Source: Harriotta raleighana (taxonomy: Eukaryota). Taken from it: 64,000 nt of DNA. A program made the position numbers and the translations under genes. Shown piece after piece: positions 47,701 to 60,870 of this stretch. Positions within the stretch are counted from its first letter, which is position 1, and each line of letters opens with the position of its first letter. The notes beneath the pieces were generated by a model, which saw only the letters and a list, made by a program, of their open reading frames with translations, searched no databases and was not told the origin of the DNA. The stretch is from NCBI GenBank assembly GCA_050575255.1, contig JBNZDD010013725.1, positions 7,402,574-7,466,573 on the forward strand, read 5' to 3'.

Positions 47701-50700
47701 GACTAGTAAGCTTACCAGCAATTTCTAAATCCATTCACGAACGAATTCAATAGCAAGGTGAACCATGGGATCATAGTTAATGTTAAGATTGGAGATTTTA
47801 TTATATACCACTGCTGCCCTAATTTATTCTATTTATGCAGTAAGCTTAATATATAATATATTGTATAAAACTATATATATATTATATATCATACGGATAC
47901 AGACACAAATCAATGGATCCCATTTTGTACGCATTGTAAAAGACAAACTATAGTACCTACTATTTTTAATGATTGAAATTGTCGGTGTCTGACTATATTG
48001 GATTCATATTTGTCCCAAACAAATAGATGAAGTGTTACGGAATTTAACGATTAAGACGCTTTGTGGTCCAGTAGTTGTTTTTTGTTGGGGCTGTTATCGT
48101 CCTCTTTAATCTTCAAACGGTGGATGAGAAACTTTCGTGTCAAAAAATTCCCTCCTGAAGAAATGGAGAGGTCTGGCAATGCAGACACATTTTATTCTCA
48201 TTTGCTTAAAAACTAAACATTCTGTACTCTTGCTGCAACTAAATGTGTGTAGGAAACAGTAAAAGGGACGAAAGCAATTTGAACTAGAGACAGTGCTCTG
48301 TAGCTGCTACCTGTGTTTTATTGGATGCTGGATTTAGAGCAAGGCCAGTCCATATTTAATCAGGACATTTACCCAGCTGGAATCAGGCTACTTAATGAAC
48401 AACTACTGTGAAATGTAAAGACCAGAGCTTAAAAAAACTGAAACAATAAACGGGAAAGTGATAAACAATAGAATATAGAAACCAGTTACTTCTAAAATGC
48501 ACAATGTATACATATTTCTTTTTGCACTGATAATGTCGGTCAAAATTAATATGAGGGGAAAGTGGTTACAGGACAATTTATTCTATACTGCAATAAGCAG
48601 TATATATTATGTTTTATAAGCATATTTACAAAACCAGGCGCTGCACTTGGGACCCATTACAGTACTTGTTTTTTATACAAAAATATGTAGACTTTTGAAG
48701 TGTTTCAACACTGCAAAGGCGCTAGAAAAAAAAAATGCAAGTTCTTCCTCCTTTATTTAATCAAGTTTCAATTTGTTCGAGAAACGTAGTCGGTACAAAT
48801 AAAATATTCTTGGTTTATACGGATCTGAGTTCTTGGTACATTTTTGTCCGTCCCTCTTCATCGCGCGAATATAATCCTAATTCCATCGCTCTCTTTATTT
48901 ATACTCGAGATCTATACAAGAGGGAAAGGGAGGCAGTTTGGGTTTTTATATGCATACATTCATATGCGCACATTGTGTAAATATATAAATGTTATATAAG
49001 TGCATGTGTACATCTCGAACTGGAGTTTCCAACTTTAATTATAAAACCATTAATTCTCCCCAGTCTAATAAACAAACGTCGCGTTAGTAACAAGATTGAT
49101 TGCGTACATGCAACACAATCTGACTGGTCCAGGAAGGAATAAAATTCAATCAGTGCGCGGAATCATTTTTCATTAGACAGAAAAGCACAGAGCGAAATGA
49201 AACCAGAGGTCAGTGCAGAGGATGTCAGTCTAACAACCTCCCAACCAAATGCGAGCAATGGGGGCTGGCCCACTCTGTCTCCCTCTGAAATACACACAGA
49301 AAAGCAATCGTTCCATTTTTTTTTAAAAAAAGATCTTTGCAATAAATACTTTCGTCTTTCATTTGTTAAACGCAATGTTCAAATGTTAAACCATTTTCTG
49401 GGGTACAATTCCCCCCCTCCCCCCCCCGCCATTTGCCGTAGACACAAGAAAAGATTTGTACAAATTTGATTCCCTTCCTATCAATGTAACTTAGAGTTGC
49501 CTTTGACTTTTCTTTATATAAAAAAAACATAGAATTGGCTACTTTCCCGAAATCAGGACTGCATACTTTTTAAATATTTAAACGTAAAGTCCCGAAAGCG
49601 TTTGTGTATAAATTGCAGCTATGGTTATCTTGGCATTTGGGAACCCCATTTCTTTTTAGAAATTTAGAAATGCCTGGAGGGGGGCTTTATAATGGCAGCT
49701 CTCCCCCCCCCCCCACCACCCCTCCATCCCCACAAGCCCCACTCTTTAGGTTTGTGAACTGTGAGTTGCAACAACTGAACTGAACACGATTTGACTAAAC
49801 ACAAAAGCGCCCGAGTATCTGTTGGGACCCTCACTGAGGTACTCTGCATTGTCTTGAGACTGGAAACAATCGCTTGCGTTTGGATTTCATACTTGTTTGG
49901 GTGAAAAGGTCAGGGTATTTCTTTACTTTCGATTTTGCCTGGTCTATCTACATCACCCCCCCCACCCTCCCCACTCCCCCCTGCTTCTAGCTATCCCCCC
50001 CTCCCTCACTCCTCCCTCCCCCCGGTTTTACTTTCACTCCCTTTGTAACCCAAACGTCAGAATAAACTCACACTGGAAAGCTGGAGGTCACAGAATGATT
50101 ATGGGGTTGGGTGGCCGACATTTTTTTTCCCTAAATAAACACAGCTTGATTCAACATGGGTGGGCAAACGGGGCAATTTTGACAAACACGTCAGAGCGGG
50201 GAGGGAGGGTGGGTGGGTGAGGTGGGGGGGCAGTGGAGGCAGAGACAGAAAGGAAAACAGGAGCAGAGAAAGGGCACCTGGGCTTCACAAAAATCTGGCT
50301 ACAGCAGTGATTTTGACGATCAGTGAAAGACTGAAGTGCAAATGCAAACTGAGGAACGAACGAGGCAGAGATATGAATACCTTAAGACTGTCTGATTTCT
50401 CTCCTTTTTAGAAACGGTGGTGGATTGGTGTGTGGGGAGGGGGGGAGGGTATCTAAGCTAAATTCAGAGCACCGTCTCCATCTATCAAAGGGAACTTCAG
50501 CAATTTTGCAACTCTATATTATGACTCGTTTTAAAAATGACTTGTTTTGTTTGTTTACATTGAAATGTTGGTAAGGGGGACGAGGGTCAAAAATTGTCAT
50601 TTTTTGTTGTTGTTTTAAACAAATAGAAGTACCAAAAGTCGTGTCAAATTTAATACTCCTTGTAATAATAATACGGAGGGGGAAAGAAAACAAATAAATG

Positions 50701-53700
50701 GCATTGATCTTCTGTTTTAGATTGGTAGAAATTAGTTGTAAATCTCACCTCATCGCATTATTATTAATTTAATTAATTTATAATCACACAAATGATGAAA
50801 AGGTATGAAACAAAACAATGATTTGGAAACAGATTTCATCCCACTTGCCCACTGTGTTATATACTGTGCTACTGTGAACTAGGTGAAAATATAACCTTTA
50901 AAGGCACTCATTCCCCCTTTGCTTGGCCTCCGTTAGTCGTCTGGGCTCAAGATGTATTTCAACTCAAGCACACACTCTACCTTCACCTCAGGATCACTGT
51001 GTTTTTCACTCTGTCCTTATCTCACCACATTCATTTCACATGTGGGGGGAAAAAAAAGTCACGCGTTCCCAAATTTCTTTCCAACCACTCACTCAGTCAC
51101 TCTCCCAAATAAAAGACGACAGCCCTATCGACTGCTGGGCTTCTAGTGCTTGAGAAATTAATTGCTGGGTAAAGGGAAATCAGAAACCTTGCTTGGCATT
51201 CCGTCCACGTTAATTCCTGAACGGCTGAACTGTCTGTGCGGAGCGACATGGGCTGCTTAACAGTCCTACCTTGGCTTCCCCCTGACCCGTGGAAGGGCTC
51301 CCAGTATTCCCAGAGGCATCAGGTCGCCCAACACCATGATCTCATTGGGAAGGCCGGATACCCAAGAGAGGCCACGCAAACACTTCACTGGCGATTTCGA
51401 CAGCATTAATCGGTGGGAATTCGTGGCTCTGGCGGAGTTAAAGGCCGTGAAGGTGTAATGTCCCGCATCTCTTGGCGTTTGCTGGCATTCAGACCACATA
51501 AAACAGCGGCGCCACCGCAACTTCCTTCGGGTCCCAGTTAATTCGGTTTTCATTCTTTTGCGCACAGAGCAAGATTTGTTTGCACCAAAATAAAGGAAAG
51601 CCTTGTTTTCGGGGGGCTGATGGAGTGGCGATTTCCCTTTGACTACAGGACTGGGAGCAGCAGGGAAGTGTGAGCTGCTCTGACTCATTGAGTCTCGCCT
51701 AATGCAGTTTCTGGCTGTTTGCGCCCACTCGCACACAACCAAACCCACTCCTGCCCTGTGAAATCCTGCAAGGAACCACCGCCACGCTTTCTCGTTTTAC
51801 TTACTTTTCCACCGGGCCAGGGAGGGGAGGGGAGGGGTGGGGGGGTGCAAATAAAACATTAAATCCACGTTGCTTACCAGCCCTTTGAGAAGCTGTCGCA
51901 CTGACTTTAGATGAGCTTTACAGAATACACTCCCAATCGATTGACTGGTAACGAAAGTTGCGTTAAATGCCAGCAAACCGCCGACGATTTTCCTTTACGC
52001 CAAGCAGCTTGCACAGCATTCATCACTGCGTTTACAATTGCGATTTAGGTCGGGCGCCTGAGGGTGGGGGGGAGGGGGGTGGGGGATGGTGGTGGTGAAG
52101 GTGGGGNGGGGGGGGGGGGGGGGGGGGAATTAAACCTGGTCTTTGCAGGTAAACCTTCAAGATCAACGGTTAAACAAGCTTCTCTTTGTTTATGTGATGA
52201 TCGATGGGAAGGAAAGCTGCATTTGCAAACTGGACCTGCGTCTACCAGTCGTCCAACCAAACTTCCTACTTGAACTGCAGAGTAAAATCAACAGATTTAC
52301 CATCACGTTGAAAAATAGCATTGGCCACTGTGCATTGTCTGCAGAGCCCTGTGAGGATTGCAGTAGCTGTTCTGTGCTCTGTCAACAGTGCACGATTTCA
52401 AAGTGCTCATTTCCTTGCCAATGGACTGCCAATAGAGACCGGCAGCTGATCTGTCCTCTGTCGCTGCGATGCTTTCCATACCCAGCACTCCGCTGTCACA
52501 CGATAGTGCACGGAAATCCAAACAAAATGATGGCTGCTTTAATAGAAGCGAGAGAAAACATTTCATCCTTAAATGCGAGCAGCACAATCCGAGGGTCGCT
52601 CAAAGATTGCGTTTTTCTTTTTAAAAAAAAAAACTTTTTTCCAGTGTCTGTGCACAACGAGTGTTCAGCAATCAAACTTTTACTCACACATAAGCTCTCT
52701 ATTTTACGCCGATCGCAGAATGCTTCAAGGCAGATTTGTGTACGATGGATTTTTACAAATGAAGATCAGTGGCTTGAGTGGATTGATCGGCCGCTGGTCT
52801 GAGACTTGTATGCGCAGCAGAACCGCTCTTTAGATGCTCTATTAACCTGATTTCCCCTAGGAAGCATCGGCAGTGCCCATGGAGAGATGACAAGTGAGCG
52901 ATGGAATGGGAGCAGACCAGGACTGAAACTTCACTGTCACACCTGGGCAGACTGAATACATTAAAGAGACAATTCCTTTCGAAATCGCAGTCTACATTTA
53001 ATAACTAGTCTATCTAGGCAGTATTATTTCAGCGCCCCCCAGATACCCTCTTATTCACATTTGCAGCATTAATAAAATTTCTTCAAAAGAAAGAAATGGC
53101 ATTGTTATTTGTTAGAAGAGATATTGCTTCCTCTCCCGTTAAACATAAGCAAATTGTTTCGTGTCTTTTTTGTCTCCAAGAAACCGGTTGGTATATTGGA
53201 AAAGTTCCTGGAGATTGAATAACAATTCTTATCCTCTTTGATAGGACAGTCAGTCGGTAACATTGGCAGTAAAGTGGGTTTAATAATACAACTAATAACT
53301 TTTGTCACGTCGCTGAGACAGAATATATTGTGAAATGAAACGTCTGTGTTTTTTGGGGGGCGAAACGTTTTTTTTAGTAAAGTTGGAGAATTAAAATTCA
53401 TTTAGTAAAATCACAAACTGACTTGTTTTAATGAAATGATACCTTCCCAATTAAACTGGAATATTCTGGCAAATGTCACACCCCATCAAGCGCACCAGGT
53501 AATTTATATTGTATTTAAACTCAGGCTGGCGTTTTAGTTCAGTAAAAGTACCAATTTATCCGTAAAGAAATGAGTAAACAAGCGCACAAAGGGCAGGTTC
53601 GTGATCTTTTGTTTCAACTTTTACTTTGGACATGAAATTAGCACCAATTTCCAGGGCAAAACATTAACAACATATGGACAAATTAACCATTTAAGCAGAA

Positions 53701-56700
53701 ACGAGTTCTGTCATTTTAAATACTGTTTCAGATCCTATTAACTGTACGTTGTTTGCACAAATCAACTGCAAAACTGTGAATTCTCCTTATTTCCCCGCAA
53801 CGCTGTATAACAGCACACACAGAGCAACTCTTCGCATTGTAAGCGAGCACTACCTCCCAGCGATATTTAATAGTAATGTTCAAAAGCGTGGTTTTCCCAC
53901 CCACATTTCCAGATATATCACAGTATACGGGCTTCATTTAATTTGTGAATGTGCAATAATATATTTTCATTGTCATCTCCGTTTCTTTTTAATGAGGAGT
54001 AAGTCATTGTTCGACAGATATATATTTTTTAATAAAGTCGCTTTGCATAGAGCACGATCTGAGCTGAAATGTGAGAGGACGATTCAGTGTTTGAAACAGT
54101 CTATGTTTCGCATGAATACAAGCTGAAATTCGCTGGATCCACACGGGGATTGGAAACAGAGGAGCTCGTATGAGAACAAAAATCACCAACTACTTTCAAG
54201 CTAATTACAGAAATTGACCAGGACTGAGTCATTTTTTTTAAGAGGGTTGGGGGGGCGGGGAGAGGGAGGGGGGTGTGGGGGGTGACTGCATTCCGGGGTC
54301 TGACTAGATAGGAAAAGGTGATTTGCTGGGTGAAGTTCTCGGGTAAGTTCAACAGACACTGGCTCTGAGTGAGCGCTTGTTGTCACCTGAACTTGTGGAA
54401 AGTTCACTAACTCTCCAGCGTCGAGACAGTGATTGCAATGCAACCTGCAAGGTGAACTGGACATCCCTCCCTCCCTCTCTCCATCTCTCATTCTCTCCAT
54501 TGTCTCTCTCTCAAACACACACACAGACACAGACACACACTCACACACACTTCATTTCTGTCCAGCTCACCTTTTATATTGTTACGCCAGGAATATATGT
54601 ATATGTGGATTGTTCAACTACTTTGGGCGTTTTCTCCTCCCTCAATTGTAAAAGAAACCACACCTCGCAGAGCAGAACCGGGGACGCAATTGAACTAGTT
54701 TGGCAGAAAGTGAAACAGAGGCATCGGCCTTACACCTGTAATTGAGCTGATGAGTGCAATTTTGTACGGAATTGTACAGTCAGATGTATATTGAAGTATG
54801 TGATAGACACAGAAAGAAGCGAGATATTATTTACTCGATCATTACTGTTGATTGCTGTCTCTCCCTCTCTCGTCACAACAGAAAAAAGACGTTTCCCCAG
54901 CATCGATTTAAACTTTTTTTAAATGTTTGAATTTTTTTAAAAAAAAGTTTACAATTTTTATTTTAAAATTAAAATTGTAAATTAAAAAAAATTATTTAAT
55001 ACTAAAGCGATTCAACTAACTGTAAATAATTGTCTCCCATGTGTGAACGCGAGGCCATTTCATGTTCTCCATCATAAACCTACAGCTTGTATCCTCCTTA
55101 TTCCAGCCTATATTTTGTTTCGAGAGAGAAAACAATCACATTTTCGGTGGAGGGGGAAACTTTTCACCAGGTCAACCACAATTTCCACTGAGCATTTCAG
55201 CGATTTTAAGCACATTCGCGAGTCATTTATTAAGATTGAAATAACAAATATTGAATTCAGAAACATCAACAATCATCGGAGAAAAAGGATATTCCTTCTC
55301 AAATGGGTATCTCAAATCTCAAAAGATATCAAAGTGTAGGCAATACCCACATTGCTTTTTTTTTTTGGGGGGGGGGGTTTAAAGTTAATAAAGAGCAGTT
55401 CATTGGTGCGTTTTTGCGACTCCCAACACAGAGTCTTTCGATTGAACGAATTTCTGACAATTTTACAACACACGCCTGGAGCTCTCGAGGCTTCTGCAGA
55501 TAAACTGTCCTTTGGTGTTTCGTTATGTAGTGTTCATTGGTTTGTCCATGGGTGTGTTTTTTTTTGGTGGGGGGGGGGGGGGGGGGGGGGGGGGGAATAA
55601 ATAACGAAATGATTAAGAACCGAATACACTAACCGCTAACGAAAGCACAAGCCGCATAAAATGCAGTCACAATGTGCACTGGGATTAGGGAAAGGTTGGA
55701 ATAGAATTTGCATGAAAAACACACACGCACACACACACACACAGTGAATAATATGTGTATTCTCTGCGGACAAGGCTTCCTTTCACCAGCTGAGGGCAAC
55801 TGTGGTCAGGCAGAATTTGAGGCAGGTTCGACTTTCCACGGTGCACAAACTCAAGGAGTAGCTAAACTTTGTGTGGGGGGGGGGGGGGGGGGGGTTTGGG
55901 TTGAAAATATAAAAGACCGCGCTTTTATATGAACACATATCAAAATGCGTAACAGTCTCATAAATAGCTGCGAGGAATGCATGTGTTTGTAAAGCTATCC
56001 GCATCCGACACGTTCAGCTTTTAAAACTATAGGAGTCTTTTAAGTAATCGTAACCGGAATAAAAAAAAACTAGTTGCTTTGCACCTGTATCAAGGCTGCT
56101 GTAAGCTGGTGTATATTTTCCAGACTTTGGCGATGCCCACTGACATATGTTACCGATTAAACTCAATAAGGCCCACTGTCTGTGACTACTGGGAACTGTG
56201 GCCTGTTATAAGGTGTTCTGCTAATAAACTAAATGAACCGAATCTCTTTTCGTGGGGGGCAAGACTCGCTGTGCGTTTTAAATGCGTCCAAAAAAAAACT
56301 ACCGTATTTCCCAATTGCCGCAACAACACACGGCGGAACTGGTCACCACTTTATCCCCACGGATAAAACGGGAGGGAGGGGGGGGGGGGGGCAACCCCCC
56401 AAAAAAAAANNNNNNNNNNNGGGGGGGGGGGGGGGGGGGGGGGGGGCAACCCCCCAAAAAAAAATAACAGAGAGAATCGTTTCGAGCAACCAGAGAGACG
56501 CGTACGAGGCATCTGTTTCAAGCAATCAGTTTCAAATCAGTTCTGAATCTCCACATGTTGCAGAGAGCGACGAACTTTCTTGTGTTGGAAAGAACGGCCT
56601 CCAATGGGAGCAAGTGTTTGCATTGCGAATCCCCTTCCCACGCAGCATTGTCAACGTGAGATGTTCCTCTCTCCATCTCGCATGATATGAAAACACACTA

Positions 56701-57847
56701 AAGCTGTTTCTTGCATTCAAACGCACCAAGGCGCTTAACAGGAACATCATCTAAACAGACACGAAATACCCCTAAAACTGCCCGGTGGCTAGAGGAGTGG
56801 ATTTTCCTGGGAGGGTTTGTGGACAAAAAAAAGGAAATGGAATAACTGAAGGCATTTGGGATAATAACAAGACTCGCTGCCTTTCATTCCCGGTTCTACA
56901 CATTGAACAGATTTTAATCTTCACGTTTTAAACTCATGTCAAACAGGCTGATCATTTATCGGGGAGGGGAGGGCAGGTTTCGGGGGAGGGGGGGGGTGGG
57001 GAGGGAGGGGGTGGGAGAGCGGTGTAAAACATCCGAGGATAAATTTTACTTTGAAGATAATTTTTAAAAGGTGCTAGGTTTTGCTTGAAACTAATTTTAA
57101 AAGATCCGATACAACAGTGCGAGGGTGTGTGGTGGTTTATGTGGAAGGAAGTAGTAGTTTTTTTTGGTGGTGGTGGCGGGGGGGGTTGGGAAGGGTATCC
57201 GGATGCAGGATAAACTGCAATTCAGTGAATACCCGGTAACGTTGGAGCAAAAGAAAATTCGGAGGATAAAATGTCACACAAACACGTTCTCCTGTACTCC
57301 CACCCTCTCCCCCCACACAAAAAAACGCAACCCTTCGTTTTAGCCAGAAAAATGTTGAAAGCAAAATTAAATCACTTTGCTTGGAACTTTAAAAAATATA
57401 TACTTTTTGATAAAATCTATCAGGATGATGTGTGTGTGTGTGTGTTTGAATGCTTCATCAAAACTCTGCCTGTCACTGGGGGGTAATTAGAGGAAGCGAG
57501 GGGCGGAATTGGGAGAGGCAAAGCTTCAGGTTCGATGGTGTGAAATACAGAGAGATCCTTTATGATGATCCTGCCTCCCCCTTACACCCCGAAATCGTTC
57601 CTGTTCACATCCACACGCCCTCATTAAGGTTTCCAAGCTACTTCCTTGCTGTGCCAGGGAAAACTGAGTCGGTTTTGTTCTCCCTCCCACAACCTACGAG
57701 TTCGGTGATGTGTGGGTTCTGTGTGTGAGCGACTCTCTCTATATAAAGTTGCTTTGCGATTGATCACACGTTTAGAAAGCCACCCCACCTCGCCGGCGAT
57801 TCTCTTTGAACGACTCACATGAAGGCAAATGGCAATTTCTGAAATGT

Positions 57848-57853
57848 TTTATT
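57848..57853 (-). terminator. Candidate distal GMDS polyadenylation signal
   Basis: TTTATT on + (AATAAA on -) ~470 nt past the GMDS stop. A more proximal copy lies at 58180-58185. Confidence 0.55.
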
Positions 57854-58324
57854 GCTCATTAAAAGGCCAAAGAACAGAAAATTGTTGCAGTTTATATTGT
57901 AAGCACATTTACAAAAACAGAGAGAATATTTCCTTGAACATACATTTAAAATAAAACAGGGAAAACGCATACCACTGCAGACCCCCCCCACCCCCAATAA
58001 AACCCACCCCTTTACACAATTATAACTCCCAATTATAAGAGGACCGAAGGAAAGGACAATTCAATCCTTAACATGATTCATATTATATTATTCATTTGAA
58101 ACAATCAACCTATACCACAGCCAGGCGAAAATACAATCAGTCATTTCGTTCTTTCAATTGTTCAGATTGTCTGAAATCATTTATTTTCATCATTTAAAGA
58201 TGCTTTAAATCTAACACCGTTTGGTTGCGGCGTTGCAACCCAAACTTTCAGGAACGTGAAGAGTTAAGAGCAGGCAATTCGGTCCCTCATAGCCACGGAG
58301 ACTGGAGCCTGGTCAGACTTGACC

Positions 58325-58387
58325 TCAGGCATTTGGATTGGTTTTCATCAGCTCAATGTCAGCTCCCACCATCTCCGTCACCAGCTC
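58325..58387 (-). CDS. GMDS: GDP-mannose 4,6-dehydratase, last coding exon (ELVTEMVGADIELMKTNPNA*)
   Basis: Minus strand reads ccctttgcttgtgtgcag|GAG CTG GTG ACG GAG ATG...AAT CCA AAT GCC TGA. It matches the GMDS C-terminus ELVREMVHADVELMRTNPNA and is in frame with the previous exon across a 549-bp GT-AG intron. Confidence 0.95.
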   Translation of the reverse strand, partial: ELVTEMVGADIELMKTNPNA

Positions 58388-58435
58388 CTGCACACAAGCA
58401 AAGGGACATCAGCTCAACCCCACTAATTCACAGCT

Positions 58436-58477
58436 ACTACAGCCAATCTACTAACCAGCACTGAGCATACAGCAGGT

Positions 58478-58517
<40 letters not shown>

Positions 58518-58705
58518 CACACATACACACAGCCAGTCTACTAACCAGTATTAAGCATACGACAAACATATATAGACACACACACACACACACACACAGC
58601 CAGTCTGCAAATAGCCACGGTGGACACTAAACGTGACCAAATGCGGCAAAAAAAAATACAGAGCAATCCCCAGCTACATAAGCAATCCCCAGCTACATAA
58701 GCAAT
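58436..58705. repeat. Compound mini/microsatellite in the last GMDS intron
   Basis: Three ACAGCCA(A/G)TCT units separated by (CA)n/(TA)n, and a 20-bp tandem AGCAATCCCCAGCTACATA(A) x2. Confidence 0.8.
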
Positions 58706-58936
58706 GTTTGCAGTTCTCATATATGCTTGTGTTCCTCCTATTCCCCCCCCACCCCACTCTGGAAAAAAATTCTAAATTAAAACGAAATGATGTGGCACCT
58801 GGTTCGAGTGACGAGCCCGCTCTCCGGGCTCCAGGCTAGTGCTGTACATGTTTCACAGAGCTCACACTGTGTTGAGGGTGGGTTGAACTTTCAAGCAATT
58901 TCATTTGCGTTAGAACTGCATCGCTGGGATACTTAC

Positions 58937-59005
58937 GTCAAATGTAACTTTTGGTTTCCATCCCAGCTTCTGCAGCGCTTTCGTGCTGTCTCCTTGGAGA
59001 AAATC
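58937..59005 (-). CDS. GMDS: GDP-mannose 4,6-dehydratase, penultimate coding exon (DFLQGDSTKALQKLGWKPKVTFD)
   Basis: Minus strand reads ttttttctctaaaag|GAT TTT CTC CAA GGA GAC...ACA TTT GAC|gtaagt: 69 nt, phase 0, canonical splice sites. The peptide matches vertebrate GMDS [23 protein letters not shown]. Confidence 0.95.
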
Positions 59006-60232
59006 CTTTTAGAGAAAAAACAAATACAAGTCACCGTCAATTACACCGCCTAATAGTTTGGATTTGAAAAAAATATACACACACACACACACACACAGGC
59101 AGAAATATTGTTGCATTTTAATGAACAGCCTATAGCAGCTTGTAAAACGGTTCCCTCACAAACTCTCACAAAGAGTTGAATGAGAGTAAGCTTCATTCAT
59201 TCACTCACTCACTCATTCACNTAGCAGCTTGTAAAACGGTTCCCTCACAAACTCTCACAAAGAGTTGAATGAGAGTAAGCTTCATTCATTCATTCACTCA
59301 CTCAACTCTCTCCCTCCATCTCTGGGATATGTTGCAGGTTAAGGTCAGAGGTAACCTGGGGGTCGAGTTAATGACAGGTATTCGTTTCTGAACTCATCCC
59401 CTTCTGTCGCTCACAACTTGCTCAGCCAAGAGGCAAGTTGTGATCCTTGTCCACTTGACTTTTGTGATGTCTTGGAGCTCAATGAATGCAAATTCAACAA
59501 TCAACAAGCTCTCAGTTAACAAAAAAAACTACACTTCTTCCAATTATTATTTTTGCGTCTTATTGTTGTTGTTGTTGTTGGGAGAACCCACTGGAAAAGA
59601 AAACAACAACAACAACAACAAAACCACAAGTTGCTTTCAACGGAATTTTTTTTAAAAGGGAGAAGGTTTTATTTGCCTAAGGATTCCGGTGTTGTCTTTT
59701 AACGGGAGTTGAGAGCTATTTAACACCTCAGAAATACCCAGTCCATTGAGGAAATAAAATTCACATGGTATGTGTGTGTGTGTGTGTGTTTTTTTTTCCA
59801 CGCAGCAAAGCAAGGAAGGCAAGTCGGTGTCACTGCTGACTGCTACAGAAAGTTAGACGCTGTACGTGATCTGAATTTATTTCACTGCAGTCGGTATGCA
59901 ATGAAAACATTGACTCTCAAATCCCTGATTGACTGCACACACAGCCCCAGAGTGTGCGTTGGCAAGTTTATTAGACTGCAAGGAGCACCCTCACCCAAGA
60001 CTAATCCGATCCTAACCGACTCCCACACATTAATTCCTTCTAGCAATACCACAAGATAATGATCAGCAGGAGGAAATCCGTCTGATTTTCCTATCCCCGC
60101 TCAGGGGTTCTGGGGGGGGGGGGGGGGGGGGGGGGGGGGGAGTGGGGGGCAATTTCAGGGTCCGAAGCTTTAACGTTTCTTGCCTACAAAATGCCCNGGG
60201 GGGGGGGGGGGGGGGGGGGGGGGTGGGGGGCA

Positions 60233-60375
60233 ATTTCACGGTCCGAAGCTTTAACGTTTCTTGCCTACAAAATGCCCAGTCAAATCACTTCACAGTATAT
60301 CCTGCGAAGCGCTTTGAGACGTCGCAACGACGTGATAAGTTGTTGTAACCGATGCCAGGATTATTAATATTGATA
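60233..60375 (+). mobile_element. SINE 3' part
   Basis: CAGTATATCCTGCGAAGCGCTTTGAGACGTC...GGATTATT. Confidence 0.7.
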
Positions 60376-60870
60376 ATAATCATTAACACACCGGGTGAGA
60401 TCCGCTATCTCAGAGCAGCAGCAGCAGCAGCAACAACAACAACAACAACATTACATTTGTGTAGCACATTTCGGGTCGGGAGAATGTCCTAAGGGCCTGG
60501 ACAGTCAAGTGTTGGCTGAAGATTGGAGTTGAGCTCTTGATCAGGAAATCCTCCTGATTTTCATGGCTTTACGAGGAAACTCCTAGTTTTTAATGTTGTT
60601 CATACAATCAAGATTCATAAAAATAATCAGCTACTTTTCATCACTTGGATCCAGGACTTTTACTTACTGGAATGTGTCTGGCATCTGCTTGCAAGGAAAC
60701 ATACCCGTGTGTAGTTTCCTGATGCTACCCACCCACCCCATTTATTCACTCAACTCTTGTGATGTCTCCCACAACTAAAAAATTCACAAGGTAATGGGTT
60801 ACTAATTCAATCCCAGAAAAATACACGAATTCCAATTCTGCCTGCTGGTTTCCTACATTAAATATACGTT

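Noticed and set aside
52143-52802. 219-aa ORF as a novel gene
   Set aside because: TTG start, low-information Cys/Ser/Leu composition, no domain and no splice evidence.
54905-55000. AT-rich palindromic stretch
   Set aside because: Low-complexity A/T runs pair by chance.
56376-56465. Repeated G-run + CAACCCCCCAAAA
   Set aside because: It flanks an N gap and is a likely contig-overlap artefact.
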